Shown here: in pieces, positions 12,435-21,263 of the stretch
Layout: every line of letters begins with the position of its first letter
How positions within the stretch are numbered: the first letter of the stretch is position 1
DNA from: an uncultured Acidobacteriota bacterium
Lineage (GTDB): Bacteria > Acidobacteriota > Vicinamibacteria > Vicinamibacterales > UBA2999
Reading direction: 5' to 3'
DNA length: 64,000 nt
NCBI GenBank assembly: GCA_963802675.1
Contig: CAWDJL010000006.1
Coordinates: 322,015 to 386,014, forward strand
Program-made: the position numbers and the translations under genes
Notes under the pieces: generated by a model
Seen by the model: only the letters and a program-made list of their open reading frames with translations
Databases searched by the model: none
Told to the model about the DNA's origin: nothing

Positions 12435-12788
12435 AGCGTCGGACGGAACCTGATTTCGAGGCCATCGAGTACCTGAGGGCCGGTAGGGTGGGTGAATAAA
12501 GACCTAGTGGTGTGACGCCGCGGACTCGGTCCTGACGGCGAGGACAGTTCTGTAATCACGTGGAACTGGCTCAGCCATCAGCACGGGCACGGCTGCGACG
12601 GCTCCGCAGCCAAACGTTTGTCACACCATCGGTGTACGGTGACCGGATTCGCGTGCACGTCGCACCGCCCCGTGGCAGACTAACAGGTCCCACCCACGGC
12701 AGCAGGCACTCGGCGGGTGACCCTTGATCATGGTCATCTGCGCGCCGTGAGTGCGACTCGCACACCGCTTTTTGTCAGGAGGGTTTCG

Positions 12789-13571
12789 ATGACCGCGACC
12801 GCTTCTCCCGTCTTGGGACGCCCGCTCTGGTACGAACTGATGACGACGGACATGAAGGCCGCCGAGAAGTTCTACAAGACCGTTGTAGGATGGACCTCCG
12901 CGCCATTCGACGGCGCGCCCCAGCCCTACACCATGTTCAACCGCAACTCTGACATCCCCGTCGGCGGCGTGATGAATCGTCCTGAGGGGATGAACGCTCC
13001 GCCCTTCTGGGCGATGTACGTCGGCGTGCCCAAGCTCGACGAGGGGCTCGCGCACGTCAAGCGTCTCGGTGGCAGCGAGCTGTCACCGGTGATCGACGTC
13101 CCCAATGTCGGTCGCATGCAAATGGTCAAGGATCCGCAGGGCGCAGCGTTTTACATCTACGAGCCGGCCAGCGAAGACCAGCTGCCCGAAGCGCTTCCCG
13201 AGCTCGGCGAGGCTTCCTGGCACGAGCTGATGACGACCGACGCGGAAGCGGCCATGAAGTTCTACGGTGAGCTGTTCGGATGGAAGCCCACCGAGACGAT
13301 GGACATGGGCCCGATGGGCAAGTACCACATGTTTGGTCGTCACCTCGGGTCGATCGGCGGAATGATGAACAAGGCGCCCGAGATGGCGCAGGTACCGCCC
13401 AACTGGGGGATCTACTTCCGGGTGCCCGATATCAACCAGGCGGCCGAGAAGATCAAGGCCAACGGCGGTCAAGTTACCAATGGGCCCATGGAAGTGCCCG
13501 GCGGCGACTGGATCGTGAACGGGATGGATCCGCAAGGCGCTCACTTTGCCGTGCACGCGAAGAAGGCGTAA
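12789..13571 (+). CDS. VOC (glyoxalase/bleomycin-resistance fold) family protein, two-domain
   Basis: ATG 12789 is preceded by AGGAGG (12776-12781). An internal duplication is visible (WYELMTTDMKAAEKFY / WHELMTTDAEAAMKFY). The 284-aa track ORF has a spurious 5' extension. Confidence 0.85.
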   Translation: MTATASPVLGRPLWYELMTTDMKAAEKFYKTVVGWTSAPFDGAPQPYTMFNRNSDIPVGGVMNRPEGMNAPPFWAMYVGVPKLDEGLAHVKRLGGSELSPVIDVPNVGRMQMVKDPQGAAFYIYEPASEDQLPEALPELGEASWHELMTTDAEAAMKFYGELFGWKPTETMDMGPMGKYHMFGRHLGSIGGMMNKAPEMAQVPPNWGIYFRVPDINQAAEKIKANGGQVTNGPMEVPGGDWIVNGMDPQGAHFAVHAKKA

Positions 13572-13573
13572 CC

Positions 13574-13909
13574 CTATCGCAGCCAGCCGATCAGGATTGC
13601 CACGAGCCCAAGCACACAGCCGACCAGCGCCAGGATGAACGCCTGGCGCGTTCGGACCGCAGTTTCGCGGGCGGCGACGGCAAGGGCACTGGTCTGATCG
13701 GCGAGCTGTTTTGCCAACTCCGCGTTGGCTCGCTGGTGCTGTTCGAGCTCGGAGACGCGCTTGCGCAGCGCGTCGAGATCACCGCTCGACTGGCTTTCGG
13801 CGCGTACTCGTGAGTGCGCGCGAAGCGCGTCGGCGGCCGCGATGACGACCGTTGCGCGCTTCAGGATGGTCCCCCACGGCAGCGCCGTCAGCGCCTTCCA
13901 CGCCAGCAT
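13574..13909 (-). CDS. hypothetical small protein with a coiled-coil segment and a C-terminal TM anchor
   Basis: 111-aa ORF with LDALRKRVSELEQHQRANAELAKQLADQ followed by the hydrophobic FILALVGCVLGLVAILIGWL. Confidence 0.45.
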   Translation of the reverse strand: MLAWKALTALPWGTILKRATVVIAAADALRAHSRVRAESQSSGDLDALRKRVSELEQHQRANAELAKQLADQTSALAVAARETAVRTRQAFILALVGCVLGLVAILIGWLR

Positions 13910-13985
13910 GTCCTAACCTTCCCATGTAGCAAGGCAAACGTCCAGCCGTCTTATCGGACAGCGGCTCTGCGATGATGAGGCTGGC

Positions 13986-14573
13986 ATGAACCCTCTCGAG
14001 ATTGCCGCCAACGCGTTCAACGCGGTCTCCATTTTCCTGGCCGCACGCAACAGCGTCCACGTCTGGTGGACGAGCATCGTTGGCTGCACGCTGTTTGCCT
14101 GGGTCTTCTTCGGCGCCAAGCTGTACGCCGACGTAACCTTGCAGGGCTTCTTCATCGTCGCCAGCGTCATCGGCTGGTGGCGCTGGCTCCACGGGGCGTT
14201 CGGCCAGGAACTGCCGGTGCGTTTCAGTCCGCGGCTGTTGATCGTGTGGGCAACGTGTGCAGGCGCCATCGTGGCGGTCGGCTACGGCTGGCTGCTGTAT
14301 CGCTTTACGGATGCGTATGCGCCGTTTCTCGACTCGATCGTGCTCGCGTTCAGCGTGGTAGGGCAGTTGCTGCTGGTCGCCCGGCGTGTGGAGAACTGGT
14401 GGTTCTGGTTGTTGGTGAATACGATTGCTGTGCCCCTCTATTTTTCGCGTGGCTTGTACGTCACGTCGGCGCTCTACGTCGCGTTCTGGGTCAATGCGAT
14501 CGTCGCGCTGATCAAGTGGAGGCAGCTGGCGGCCACACACCTCGCTCACCGGTCATCTCTTCCAGTGTCGTAA
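13986..14573 (+). CDS. pnuC: nicotinamide riboside transporter PnuC
   Basis: 195-aa polytopic ORF. NAVSIFLAARNSVHVWWTSIVGC..QGFFIVASVIGWWRW is the characteristic PnuC pattern. Confidence 0.85.
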   Translation: MNPLEIAANAFNAVSIFLAARNSVHVWWTSIVGCTLFAWVFFGAKLYADVTLQGFFIVASVIGWWRWLHGAFGQELPVRFSPRLLIVWATCAGAIVAVGYGWLLYRFTDAYAPFLDSIVLAFSVVGQLLLVARRVENWWFWLLVNTIAVPLYFSRGLYVTSALYVAFWVNAIVALIKWRQLAATHLAHRSSLPVS

Positions 14574-15156
14574 CCGCTCGACTCAGTTCGTGGCTCAACG
14601 CGCCCGGCAGTCGGCGGCCGAGCACATCCGCAAGCGCGCGGTAGTATCCGATCACGCCTGACTTGCCGGCCTCCGGGTTGAAGCGCGCCCACAGCGCGTC
14701 GCCCTCACGACGATAGTCGCGCAAGAGTGACCGCACGTTGTGGAGTTTGTCCGCGGCCGACACCAGCAGCGCGGGCTCGTGCGCGTGCTCCAGATCCGCG
14801 ACGTATTTCGTCTTGCGGGTGAGCCACGACGGCTTGTCGCGTTCGGTGGCATCCGTCATGTGCTCGACAATGTCCATGACCTTGGCGCCAAAGCTGCGCC
14901 GAATCTCGTCCCGAAGCCAATCGACCGTCACCTCTTGCGCTGCGTGTTCGGCCGCGTCTTCGAGGACGTCATGCAGGATGGCACCGATCGCCTCGTCCTC
15001 GCCGCCGCCAAACTCGAGCACGAGTGCTGCGACGCCGAGAATGTGCGCGATGTACGGAATTTGTGTCCCCTTCCGCGACTGTCGGCGATGGACCCTGTGC
15101 GCGAGGGTTAGCGCACGATCGAAGCGGTCGGAAAGCGGGTGGGCGAGGGCCGCCAT
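14512..15156 (-). CDS. HD-domain phosphohydrolase (RelA/SpoT-type HD_4-like)
   Basis: KGTQIPYIAHILGVAALV..AILHDVLEDA gives the H..HD metal-binding signature. It overlaps pnuC convergently by 62 bp. Confidence 0.8.
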   Translation of the reverse strand: MAALAHPLSDRFDRALTLAHRVHRRQSRKGTQIPYIAHILGVAALVLEFGGGEDEAIGAILHDVLEDAAEHAAQEVTVDWLRDEIRRSFGAKVMDIVEHMTDATERDKPSWLTRKTKYVADLEHAHEPALLVSAADKLHNVRSLLRDYRREGDALWARFNPEAGKSGVIGYYRALADVLGRRLPGALSHELSRAVTTLEEMTGERGVWPPAAST

Positions 15157-15210
15157 GCCGGGATGCTACTTGAAAACCCGTGACCTGAACCCGAGTTGCG
15201 CTCTAGGGTT

Positions 15211-16269
15211 TCAACGTCGATCGGTCTCAGTCTCCGGTTGCCGGTCAGCCTTCGACGGGTTGGGTTCGCGCCGTTTTTTCATCTGAACCTCACGCCCGCC
15301 GTCGCGGAACGCGACTTCGTCCATCAGCTGATTGATGAGAAAAACGCCGCGTCCGCTCGCCTTCATGATGTTGTCGGCTTCGAGTGGATTGGGGACGGCC
15401 GCGCAGTCGAACCCGGACCCGGGATCCCGGACGACGATGACCAAGTCGCCCGCCGCGTCGAACGTGACGGTGCACTGCACGTGCTTGGTCGGGTCGCCCT
15501 TGCAGCCGTGGCGGATGCCGTTAGCAAGCGCCTCCTGAAGGGCGAGGTCGACTTTGATGACTTCGTCCTCCGGCCACTGCTTATTCTGAAGCAGCTGAGC
15601 CACGCCCTCGCACACGGTCTGAATGCCGGCCGGCGTGGCGGGAACCGTCAGGTTGATTTCGCAGTTCGAGGACAACGGAATCAGCTCGCTCAATTTGTCC
15701 ACCTTTTGAAGCGCCCGTCGAAGCTCGCCGACCAGCGCATCCTTGGCCGCTTCGGCCCGGTTGCGTTCGGCAAGCGCCTTGCCAAGTTCGATCAAGTTGC
15801 GTCGCAGGTCGAGCTGCGCCTCCGCTTGACGTCGGAGGGCGTCGAGCGCGCGTCGCTGGCCGTCGGTCAGTGTGCGTGGGACGTGATCGACAATGCACAG
15901 AGTGCCAAGCGCATGACCGTCGCTCGTAATGAGCGGCGCACCGGCATAGAAGCGGATGTGCGGCTCGCCGTGCACGATCGGGTTTTCGCGGAAGCGCACA
16001 TCCTGGAGAGCATCGTCGACGACGAAAATCCCGCGACCCCTGATGGCGTGAGAACAGAACGACACGCTGCGCGACGTCTCGGCAATCGACACCCCAAGAC
16101 GCGCCTTGAACCACTGCCGATCCTCGTCCACGAGCGTGATGAGCGAAATCGGCGTGCTGCAAATCTGCGCCGCGAGCAGGACGATGTCGTCGAAGGCCTG
16201 CTCCGGCTCCGTGTCGAGGATCCGGTAGCTGCGCAGCGCCGCCAGACGAGCGGACTCGCTCGTGTCCAT
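15211..16269 (-). CDS. GAF domain + RsbW/SpoIIAB-like serine kinase (HATPase_c_2) protein
   Basis: Start is ATG 16269 (MDTSESARLAALRSYRILDTEPE, a GAF opening). The C-terminus has ALANGIRHG..VRDPGSGFD..GRGVFLINQLMDEV. The track ORF to 16821 overlaps the upstream gene and is an artefact. Confidence 0.85.
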   Translation of the reverse strand: MDTSESARLAALRSYRILDTEPEQAFDDIVLLAAQICSTPISLITLVDEDRQWFKARLGVSIAETSRSVSFCSHAIRGRGIFVVDDALQDVRFRENPIVHGEPHIRFYAGAPLITSDGHALGTLCIVDHVPRTLTDGQRRALDALRRQAEAQLDLRRNLIELGKALAERNRAEAAKDALVGELRRALQKVDKLSELIPLSSNCEINLTVPATPAGIQTVCEGVAQLLQNKQWPEDEVIKVDLALQEALANGIRHGCKGDPTKHVQCTVTFDAAGDLVIVVRDPGSGFDCAAVPNPLEADNIMKASGRGVFLINQLMDEVAFRDGGREVQMKKRREPNPSKADRQPETETDRR

Positions 16270-16298
16270 CACCCGATCGTAGCTCTTCACGGCCTGGC

Positions 16299-17549
16299 TC
16301 ACACGGCGCCTGCCACTGAGGTGCGCTGAGCTCTGAAGACGTCGACGACGCGATCGATGTCGTCGTGAGTGTTGAAGACCGAAACCGACAGCCGCAAGCG
16401 GCTTTCGTTGGCCACAATCGTGCCCGTCACGTTGGCGGCCCGCAGCATCTTGCCAGTGGCCGCGGCGTCCTTGAGTCCAAACGCCAGAATCGGCGTTTCG
16501 GTGCCGGTGGGCGTGAGCGGCGTCAATCCCAGCGGCGGCAGCTCGCGCTGGAGTCGAGCGGTCAGCAGGCGTGCGTGGGCGCGAATCTTGTCCAGGCCGA
16601 GCGCCTGCACGTAGTTGATGCCTTCGAACACGCAGGCGGCGAGCATGACCGGGATACTGCCGGTCTCGTATTTTGCCGCGCCAGGTAACGGCTCCCATGT
16701 CATCGCCGCGCGATTGAAGTTGGTGACCTGCCGATGTCCATAGCGCGTGGTCGGCAGCACTGTATCCTGCAAGTCGCGTCGGACGTAGAGGAATCCGAAC
16801 CCACGTTCTCCCATCAACCACTTGTAGGTGCCGGCGGCCGCGAAATCGATGCCGAGCGTCCTGACATCAACCGGTACTGCGCCAACCGCTTGGATGATGT
16901 CGGCGAAGACGTGCGCACCACGCGAATGCGCCAGTGCGCTGACCGCCTTGCAGTCGTGCATGTAGCCGTTGACGTTCGACACCAGGGCCAGCGAGACGAG
17001 CCTCGTGTTCTTGTCGATGGCGCGATCCATGTCATTGACATCGATTGCCCAATCGCGATGCTTGACAATCCGGAGCTCGATACCTTTCTTCTCGAGTTCC
17101 TTGTACATGTAGAGCGAGGTCGTGAAGTGGAGCTCGTCGATCACGACGTTGCCTCCTCGCTTGGGGAGGTCAAGCCCCATCACGACGATGTTCTCGCCGT
17201 CAGAGGTGCTGGAGGTGAACGCGATTTCCTCCGGCGTCGCGCCGATCAGCTGACCAAACCGCTTCTTGAGATCCGCCTGCTTGTCGGCTCCGAAGTCGCC
17301 ACGATTGTCACCCGGACCGCGCAGTCGGTACGCCAGCGACTGTTCCACGGCGCGCGCCGCGAACGTCCCAAGGGGGTGGATAGCCGCGGCATTCAGATAG
17401 GTTTCCTGCAACGCGAGCGGGAAGTCCGCGCGCACCGTCGCGGGAAAGATCGCACCGGGGCGAGCGTCCTGGAGCGCCGCGAGCGCTGGTCGGGCAGAAG
17501 CGACGAGTGTGCCAGCACCGATGAGGAATTCGCGTCGGCCAACCGCCAT
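16299..17549 (-). CDS. class V aminotransferase-fold PLP enzyme with a twin-arginine signal
   Basis: MAVGRREFLIGAGTLVASARPALAA is a Tat motif (RREFL). The body resembles the cysteine desulfurase / isopenicillin-N epimerase family (AGTYKWLMGERGFGFLYV). Confidence 0.8.
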   Translation of the reverse strand: MAVGRREFLIGAGTLVASARPALAALQDARPGAIFPATVRADFPLALQETYLNAAAIHPLGTFAARAVEQSLAYRLRGPGDNRGDFGADKQADLKKRFGQLIGATPEEIAFTSSTSDGENIVVMGLDLPKRGGNVVIDELHFTTSLYMYKELEKKGIELRIVKHRDWAIDVNDMDRAIDKNTRLVSLALVSNVNGYMHDCKAVSALAHSRGAHVFADIIQAVGAVPVDVRTLGIDFAAAGTYKWLMGERGFGFLYVRRDLQDTVLPTTRYGHRQVTNFNRAAMTWEPLPGAAKYETGSIPVMLAACVFEGINYVQALGLDKIRAHARLLTARLQRELPPLGLTPLTPTGTETPILAFGLKDAAATGKMLRAANVTGTIVANESRLRLSVSVFNTHDDIDRVVDVFRAQRTSVAGAV

Positions 17550-17595
17550 GCAGCCTCCTTCAGTCAGGGATTATCGCAGCAGCCCGTGGTGAAAG

Positions 17596-18372
17596 TCACG
17601 GCTGCTCTGGCGGGGCGCCCTTCAAGCGTGCCCGCGCACGCTCGACGTCACGGTGAAACACGAACAGGCGGTCGGCGTTGCCGTCCGGGTCGGTAAAGTC
17701 ATACCGCTTCCCACGCCGGGGCTGAATCCTGAGGTTTTTGTTGAGATAGTCCACCTGGAAGGTCTCGAGATCCGGCAGCGCCGCCAAGAACACGTCGTCC
17801 TTGTCGCTGGTGTCGTAACGGAGTCCCGCGGGCGTGGCCACCAGCTTCCCTCGGCAGGACCCCACGCGGTGCTTGTGAATCACGTCGAGAGACGCGTCGA
17901 GTCGCACGGTGCGAAAGTTGACCGCAATTTCACGCGAGCCGGCTGCGACCTCGATCGTTTCGGCGTGGGAGTCGAAGCCCTGCGCGGACACGTTCAATTG
18001 ATAGGTGCCGGGCTTGAGGTCGTTGGCCGTGACCGGCGCCGCGCCGATGAACTGCCGGTCGAGAAACACCTGTGCGCCAGGCACGTCACTCACGATGTGC
18101 AGGCTGCCCGTCCCACCTGTTGACGCCGGGGGCGCGGGCGTGGCCTCGGCGCGTTTGGATGTCGGCGCTCGCTTGGCCGAAGGGCGTAGGTCGCGAGGTG
18201 GCGTTGGTGTTGGCGCGGGAAGTGAGGTGGCGCTGGTGGCGTTGGTCGGGCGTTCAGCGGCGACGTCCGGGTGCGAAGTCTCGCGTGGTGAGTCGGCGTT
18301 GCGGACGAGCCTGATGCCAAGAGCGAGAGCCGCCAATCCTGTTACAGCGGCGATCACAGCGACTCGATTCAC
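17596..18372 (-). CDS. PEGA domain-containing membrane-anchored protein
   Basis: GTG 18372 gives MNRVAVIAAVTGLAALALG (TM), a Pro/Thr-rich linker, then LHIVSDVPGAQVFLDRQFIGAAPVTANDLKPGTYQLNV (PEGA). The upstream part of the 564-aa track ORF conflicts with the + strand gene at 18520-18906. Confidence 0.7.
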   Translation of the reverse strand: MNRVAVIAAVTGLAALALGIRLVRNADSPRETSHPDVAAERPTNATSATSLPAPTPTPPRDLRPSAKRAPTSKRAEATPAPPASTGGTGSLHIVSDVPGAQVFLDRQFIGAAPVTANDLKPGTYQLNVSAQGFDSHAETIEVAAGSREIAVNFRTVRLDASLDVIHKHRVGSCRGKLVATPAGLRYDTSDKDDVFLAALPDLETFQVDYLNKNLRIQPRRGKRYDFTDPDGNADRLFVFHRDVERARARLKGAPPEQP

Positions 18373-18519
18373 GCGCCGAGATGGTATCAGAGTCCGCGAA
18401 TCAATCGACGTGGCTTCCGGCTTCAGCCGGAAGATCAACCCTCCGCTGGCATCCTCGCGCTGTTGACGAAGCGGCAGGACGATGGCATCGTCGTCCCGAG
18501 GTCGGATTGAGAGGCGGTC

Positions 18520-18906
18520 GTGATTGACGGGTTGAAAGTGACGATGAGCGGGGAAGAATTGAAGGGAAAGTTGGACGAGCGCATCGAGTCGCATGCGAGA
18601 CAGGCGGCACACTGGGCGAGGCAGCTCAAAGCGCCCGGTTCGGATGAGAGCGTCCCCATGCCAGCGCATATCGTGGAGAACGAGATCGAGCGAGCCCACG
18701 ATCAAGTCGAAACGCTGACCTTCATACGTGACCACATCATTGGGGAGGAGACCTATCGGCTGGGGGAGTACGACCTGCGCTTTGCGGATCTGTTGCCGGA
18801 CTTCGATCCGATGGATTGTGGTTGCCTTGCGCGCGACTGGAATCGACGAAGGCAAGAGGAGCCGGGTCTCTTCGACGATCGTGATCCCGAGTCCGTGAAG
18901 ACGTGA
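18520..18906 (+). CDS. hypothetical protein
   Basis: 128-aa ORF with a GTG start 6 nt after GAGAGG. The composition looks protein-like, and third-position GC is lower than in neighbouring genes. Confidence 0.5.
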   Translation: MIDGLKVTMSGEELKGKLDERIESHARQAAHWARQLKAPGSDESVPMPAHIVENEIERAHDQVETLTFIRDHIIGEETYRLGEYDLRFADLLPDFDPMDCGCLARDWNRRRQEEPGLFDDRDPESVKT

Positions 18907-18908
18907 GG

Positions 18909-19709
18909 TCAGCGTCGCAGGCAATCGCCGGCCGGTGTGAAGCCGGCCGCGCGTGCCTCGGCCTCGGTGGAGAAGAGCCGAGTGCAGTTGCGACAGGTGG
19001 CGTTGGGACAGCTCGGAGCGTGATACAGGCGGCTGTTGACGTTGCCGCGGAATGCGGTCGTCTTCGGTCTGGCGTTGTCGCGAGCGGTTGGGTTCGTATC
19101 TGCGCGTGGGGCGGAGCCTGTCCCTGCATCCCGGGAGGCGCTTGACCGAGTACCCGCTCCTGCTGGCGTCGCGAGCCGAGTGCATTGGGGCTTCGCCGCC
19201 GCGGGCGACCAGAATCCCTGCCTCGCAGCACGGGCCTGCCGCTCCGCGGTGGCGAGGACCGGGTCGTTGGCGAATCGCGTGAAATGACACGCGAGGCCGG
19301 CTTCGAGCAGCGCGCGGCTGGCGTCGCGTCCGCCGACGGTGACGCGCGCGACCAGTCGGCCATAGCTGTCCACGTCTCGCCCCTCGACTCGCACGCGTTG
19401 CTGGTTGAGCAGTCGACGTGTGTACGTCGTCGCTTCTTTGCCGAAGGCTTCGTTCAGCTCGGGCGCGTCGATGCCTTCGAGTCGGATGCGAATGGGCTGC
19501 GATTCTCCTGACGGGATCAGCTCGAGGGTGTCGCCGTCGGCGACGACGACGACGCGGGCGTCGAAGGGGCGTCCGACGCGGTCCTGCGGAGGCTTCGGTT
19601 TCAGCAGCTGAGTCCGCGCTTGATCGTCGACGCTGGCGGTGCGCGCGGCTGGCGAGGGCGCGCAGGCGAGCGTCGAGAGGAGTAGCGCGAGGATCGTAGG
19701 TCGTGACAC
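18909..19709 (-). CDS. thermonuclease (SNase) family lipoprotein with a C-terminal Ada-like metal-binding motif
   Basis: Lipobox LSTLAC; VADGDTLELI..RLEGIDAPE..YGRLVARV; C-terminus YHAPSCPNATCRNCTRLFSTEAEARAAGFTPAGDC. Confidence 0.85.
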   Translation of the reverse strand: MSRPTILALLLSTLACAPSPAARTASVDDQARTQLLKPKPPQDRVGRPFDARVVVVADGDTLELIPSGESQPIRIRLEGIDAPELNEAFGKEATTYTRRLLNQQRVRVEGRDVDSYGRLVARVTVGGRDASRALLEAGLACHFTRFANDPVLATAERQARAARQGFWSPAAAKPQCTRLATPAGAGTRSSASRDAGTGSAPRADTNPTARDNARPKTTAFRGNVNSRLYHAPSCPNATCRNCTRLFSTEAEARAAGFTPAGDCLRR

Positions 19710-19738
19710 GAGCTCAGTGTATCCGCAGAAAATGCGAG

Positions 19739-19969
19739 CTAGCCGCGGCGGCGTAACCCATCGCGATCATCGATCGCCCGTACGCGCCCACCCCAGAAAG
19801 TGATCGCCTGCTTCAATTGACGAAACTCGGAGTCGCTCATCTTCCTGGCGTCGGCAAACCCCGCCTCGACGTCGTCGGCCATTCGGCCAACGAGATCGGC
19901 GAGTTGCTCGATCTTCTCTTCGAGTCGATCGAGGCGGTCCGTCATTGTTCCGAAGCCGCTGTCGCGCAT
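19739..19969 (-). CDS. hypothetical small coiled-coil protein
   Basis: 76-aa ORF (MTDRLDRLEEKIEQLADLVGRMADDVEAG). There is no family assignment. Confidence 0.35.
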   Translation of the reverse strand: MRDSGFGTMTDRLDRLEEKIEQLADLVGRMADDVEAGFADARKMSDSEFRQLKQAITFWGGRVRAIDDRDGLRRRG

Positions 19970-20106
19970 ACTGTCCTCCGCGAGCGGGGCGATGCGAGCG
20001 GCCTGCCAGGCCGAGATCCACGTCGATTGTTGAGGATCGAGGAGCGGGACGCGTGGGTGGTTGCAGTATCTGCGCGATGCCAGGCCCGTCGATCGCGCAG
20101 ATTCCG

Positions 20107-20205
20107 CGTCGTTACAGGGCCTGTCCCCGCGTGAGAGGGCCTGTCCTCGCTTTCGCTGGTGACAATTGTCGTCACTTGCATAAAAGGGGACAGGCCCCTT
20201 TTATG
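20107..20205. repeat. REP cluster: two forward cores (GGGCCTGTCCCC, GGGCCTGTCC) plus one full inverted unit
   Basis: The cores are at 20117-20128 and 20137-20146. The full unit at 20158-20205 is GGTGACAATTGTCGTCAC TTG CATAAAAGGGG-ACAGG-CCCCTTTTATG (11-bp perfect stem). Confidence 0.85.
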
Positions 20206-20223
20206 AAAAGGTCACGCGCGTTG

Positions 20224-21000
20224 TCACATCAGCTCGTAGGTGATGCGCGTCCCGGGGCCCTGCAGAATGACGGTCCGCACCACGTATGGCGGCAGGTCGG
20301 TCACCCACACCTTGTAGAAGCCATACGGCGTGTTCGCCTCGACTCGCCACGCCTTGATGACCTTACCCGCGCCACGAGCGACATCGTCGCCGAGCGACTC
20401 GACGAGCGGCCAATCGAGCCCGTCCACCGCCGCGCCCGCGCCTGCCGTCACGACCATCGCCGGAAACGAGTAGACACCCACCTGTCGCGGGAGCGTAGCG
20501 AGAAACAAGTCCATCATGCCGCCGTAATAGTCAAACGCTGGTTGCCACACCGAGCCCGCAATCTTTACTGGAGACGCCCCGGAGTCGTTGATGCGAACCC
20601 CCGCGATGTTCTGCCCTTGGAAGTCGAACTCGAAGGATCGTCCTCCGCCACGCCATTCGGTGCGAACCGGCGCGAAGGTGGCGCCGTCCACGACGATTCG
20701 CATCGACTCGCGAACACTGCCGTCCGGCGCAGAGGCGACGACCGTTCGGACCAGTACCTGGCGGCCGTCGATCGTCTCGCGCTGCAGGTGATCGTCACGC
20801 ACTCCACGATCGATCACCTGATGCACCGGGTCGACCAGCGTCTCCTTCCACCGAACTTTGTACGGCTGCAGCGCTCGTGCGTTGACGCGCGCATCGCCAA
20901 CCCGCAGCAAGGCGGGCGTCCTCGGTTGGGCGTCGACCAGCAGGCTCGTCCCCATCAACAGACCAGCGACGACGATCCTCACCGCGTCAGCATATGCCAA
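20224..21000 (-). CDS. hypothetical secreted protein
   Basis: 258-aa ORF (TTG start). The alternative GTG 20982 gives the signal-like MRIVVAGLLMGTSLLVDAQ. There is no recognisable family. Confidence 0.55.
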   Translation of the reverse strand: MAYADAVRIVVAGLLMGTSLLVDAQPRTPALLRVGDARVNARALQPYKVRWKETLVDPVHQVIDRGVRDDHLQRETIDGRQVLVRTVVASAPDGSVRESMRIVVDGATFAPVRTEWRGGGRSFEFDFQGQNIAGVRINDSGASPVKIAGSVWQPAFDYYGGMMDLFLATLPRQVGVYSFPAMVVTAGAGAAVDGLDWPLVESLGDDVARGAGKVIKAWRVEANTPYGFYKVWVTDLPPYVVRTVILQGPGTRITYELM

Positions 21001-21012
21001 CCCCGGGAGGTC

Positions 21013-21123
21013 ACCTTCGCGGCGGTCGTCGCTCTCGTCATCGGGAGCGCGCTGGTCGCGTCCCTGTTGCCTGCGCGCCGAGCGGCGCGGATCGATCCGG
21101 CGATCACGTTGAGGGCGGAATAA
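21013..21123 (+). pseudogene. 3' remnant (last ~36 codons) of an FtsX/MacB-type (ADOP-like) ABC permease gene
   Basis: TFAAVVALVIGSALVASLLPARRAARIDPAITLRAE* is the stereotyped last TM plus C-terminus of FtsX-family permeases. Everything upstream is occupied by the opposite-strand gene. Confidence 0.55.
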
Positions 21124-21131
21124 CGCGGGAA

Positions 21132-21230
21132 GTTACAAGTTACAAGTTACAAGTTACAAGCTGCGGCGCCTGCTGGCGCCGCAGCTTAACTCCGCACTCA
21201 ACTTTGAACTTGTAACCTGTAACTTGTAAC
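21132..21230. repeat. composite hairpin: (GTTACAA)x4, central GC hairpin, (TTGTAAC)x3
   Basis: The left arm at 21132-21159 is four exact heptamers. The core at 21160-21185 is GCTGCGGCGCC-TGCT-GGCGCCGCAGC. The right arm at 21204-21230 (TTGAACTTGTAACCTGTAACTTGTAAC) is complementary to the left arm. Confidence 0.9.
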
Positions 21231-21263
21231 TAACGTGGACAGCGTTCTTGCCAGCTGCAGCCC

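Noticed and set aside
16270-16821. N-terminal extensions of track ORFs, such as 15211-16821, 17596-19290, 22501-24084, 27697-29055, 28655-29632, 35678-36358, 44566-45561 and 46855-48195.
   Set aside because: The extensions overlap neighbouring genes or repeat blocks and translate to low-complexity sequence. Internal starts with an RBS and family-typical N-termini were chosen instead.
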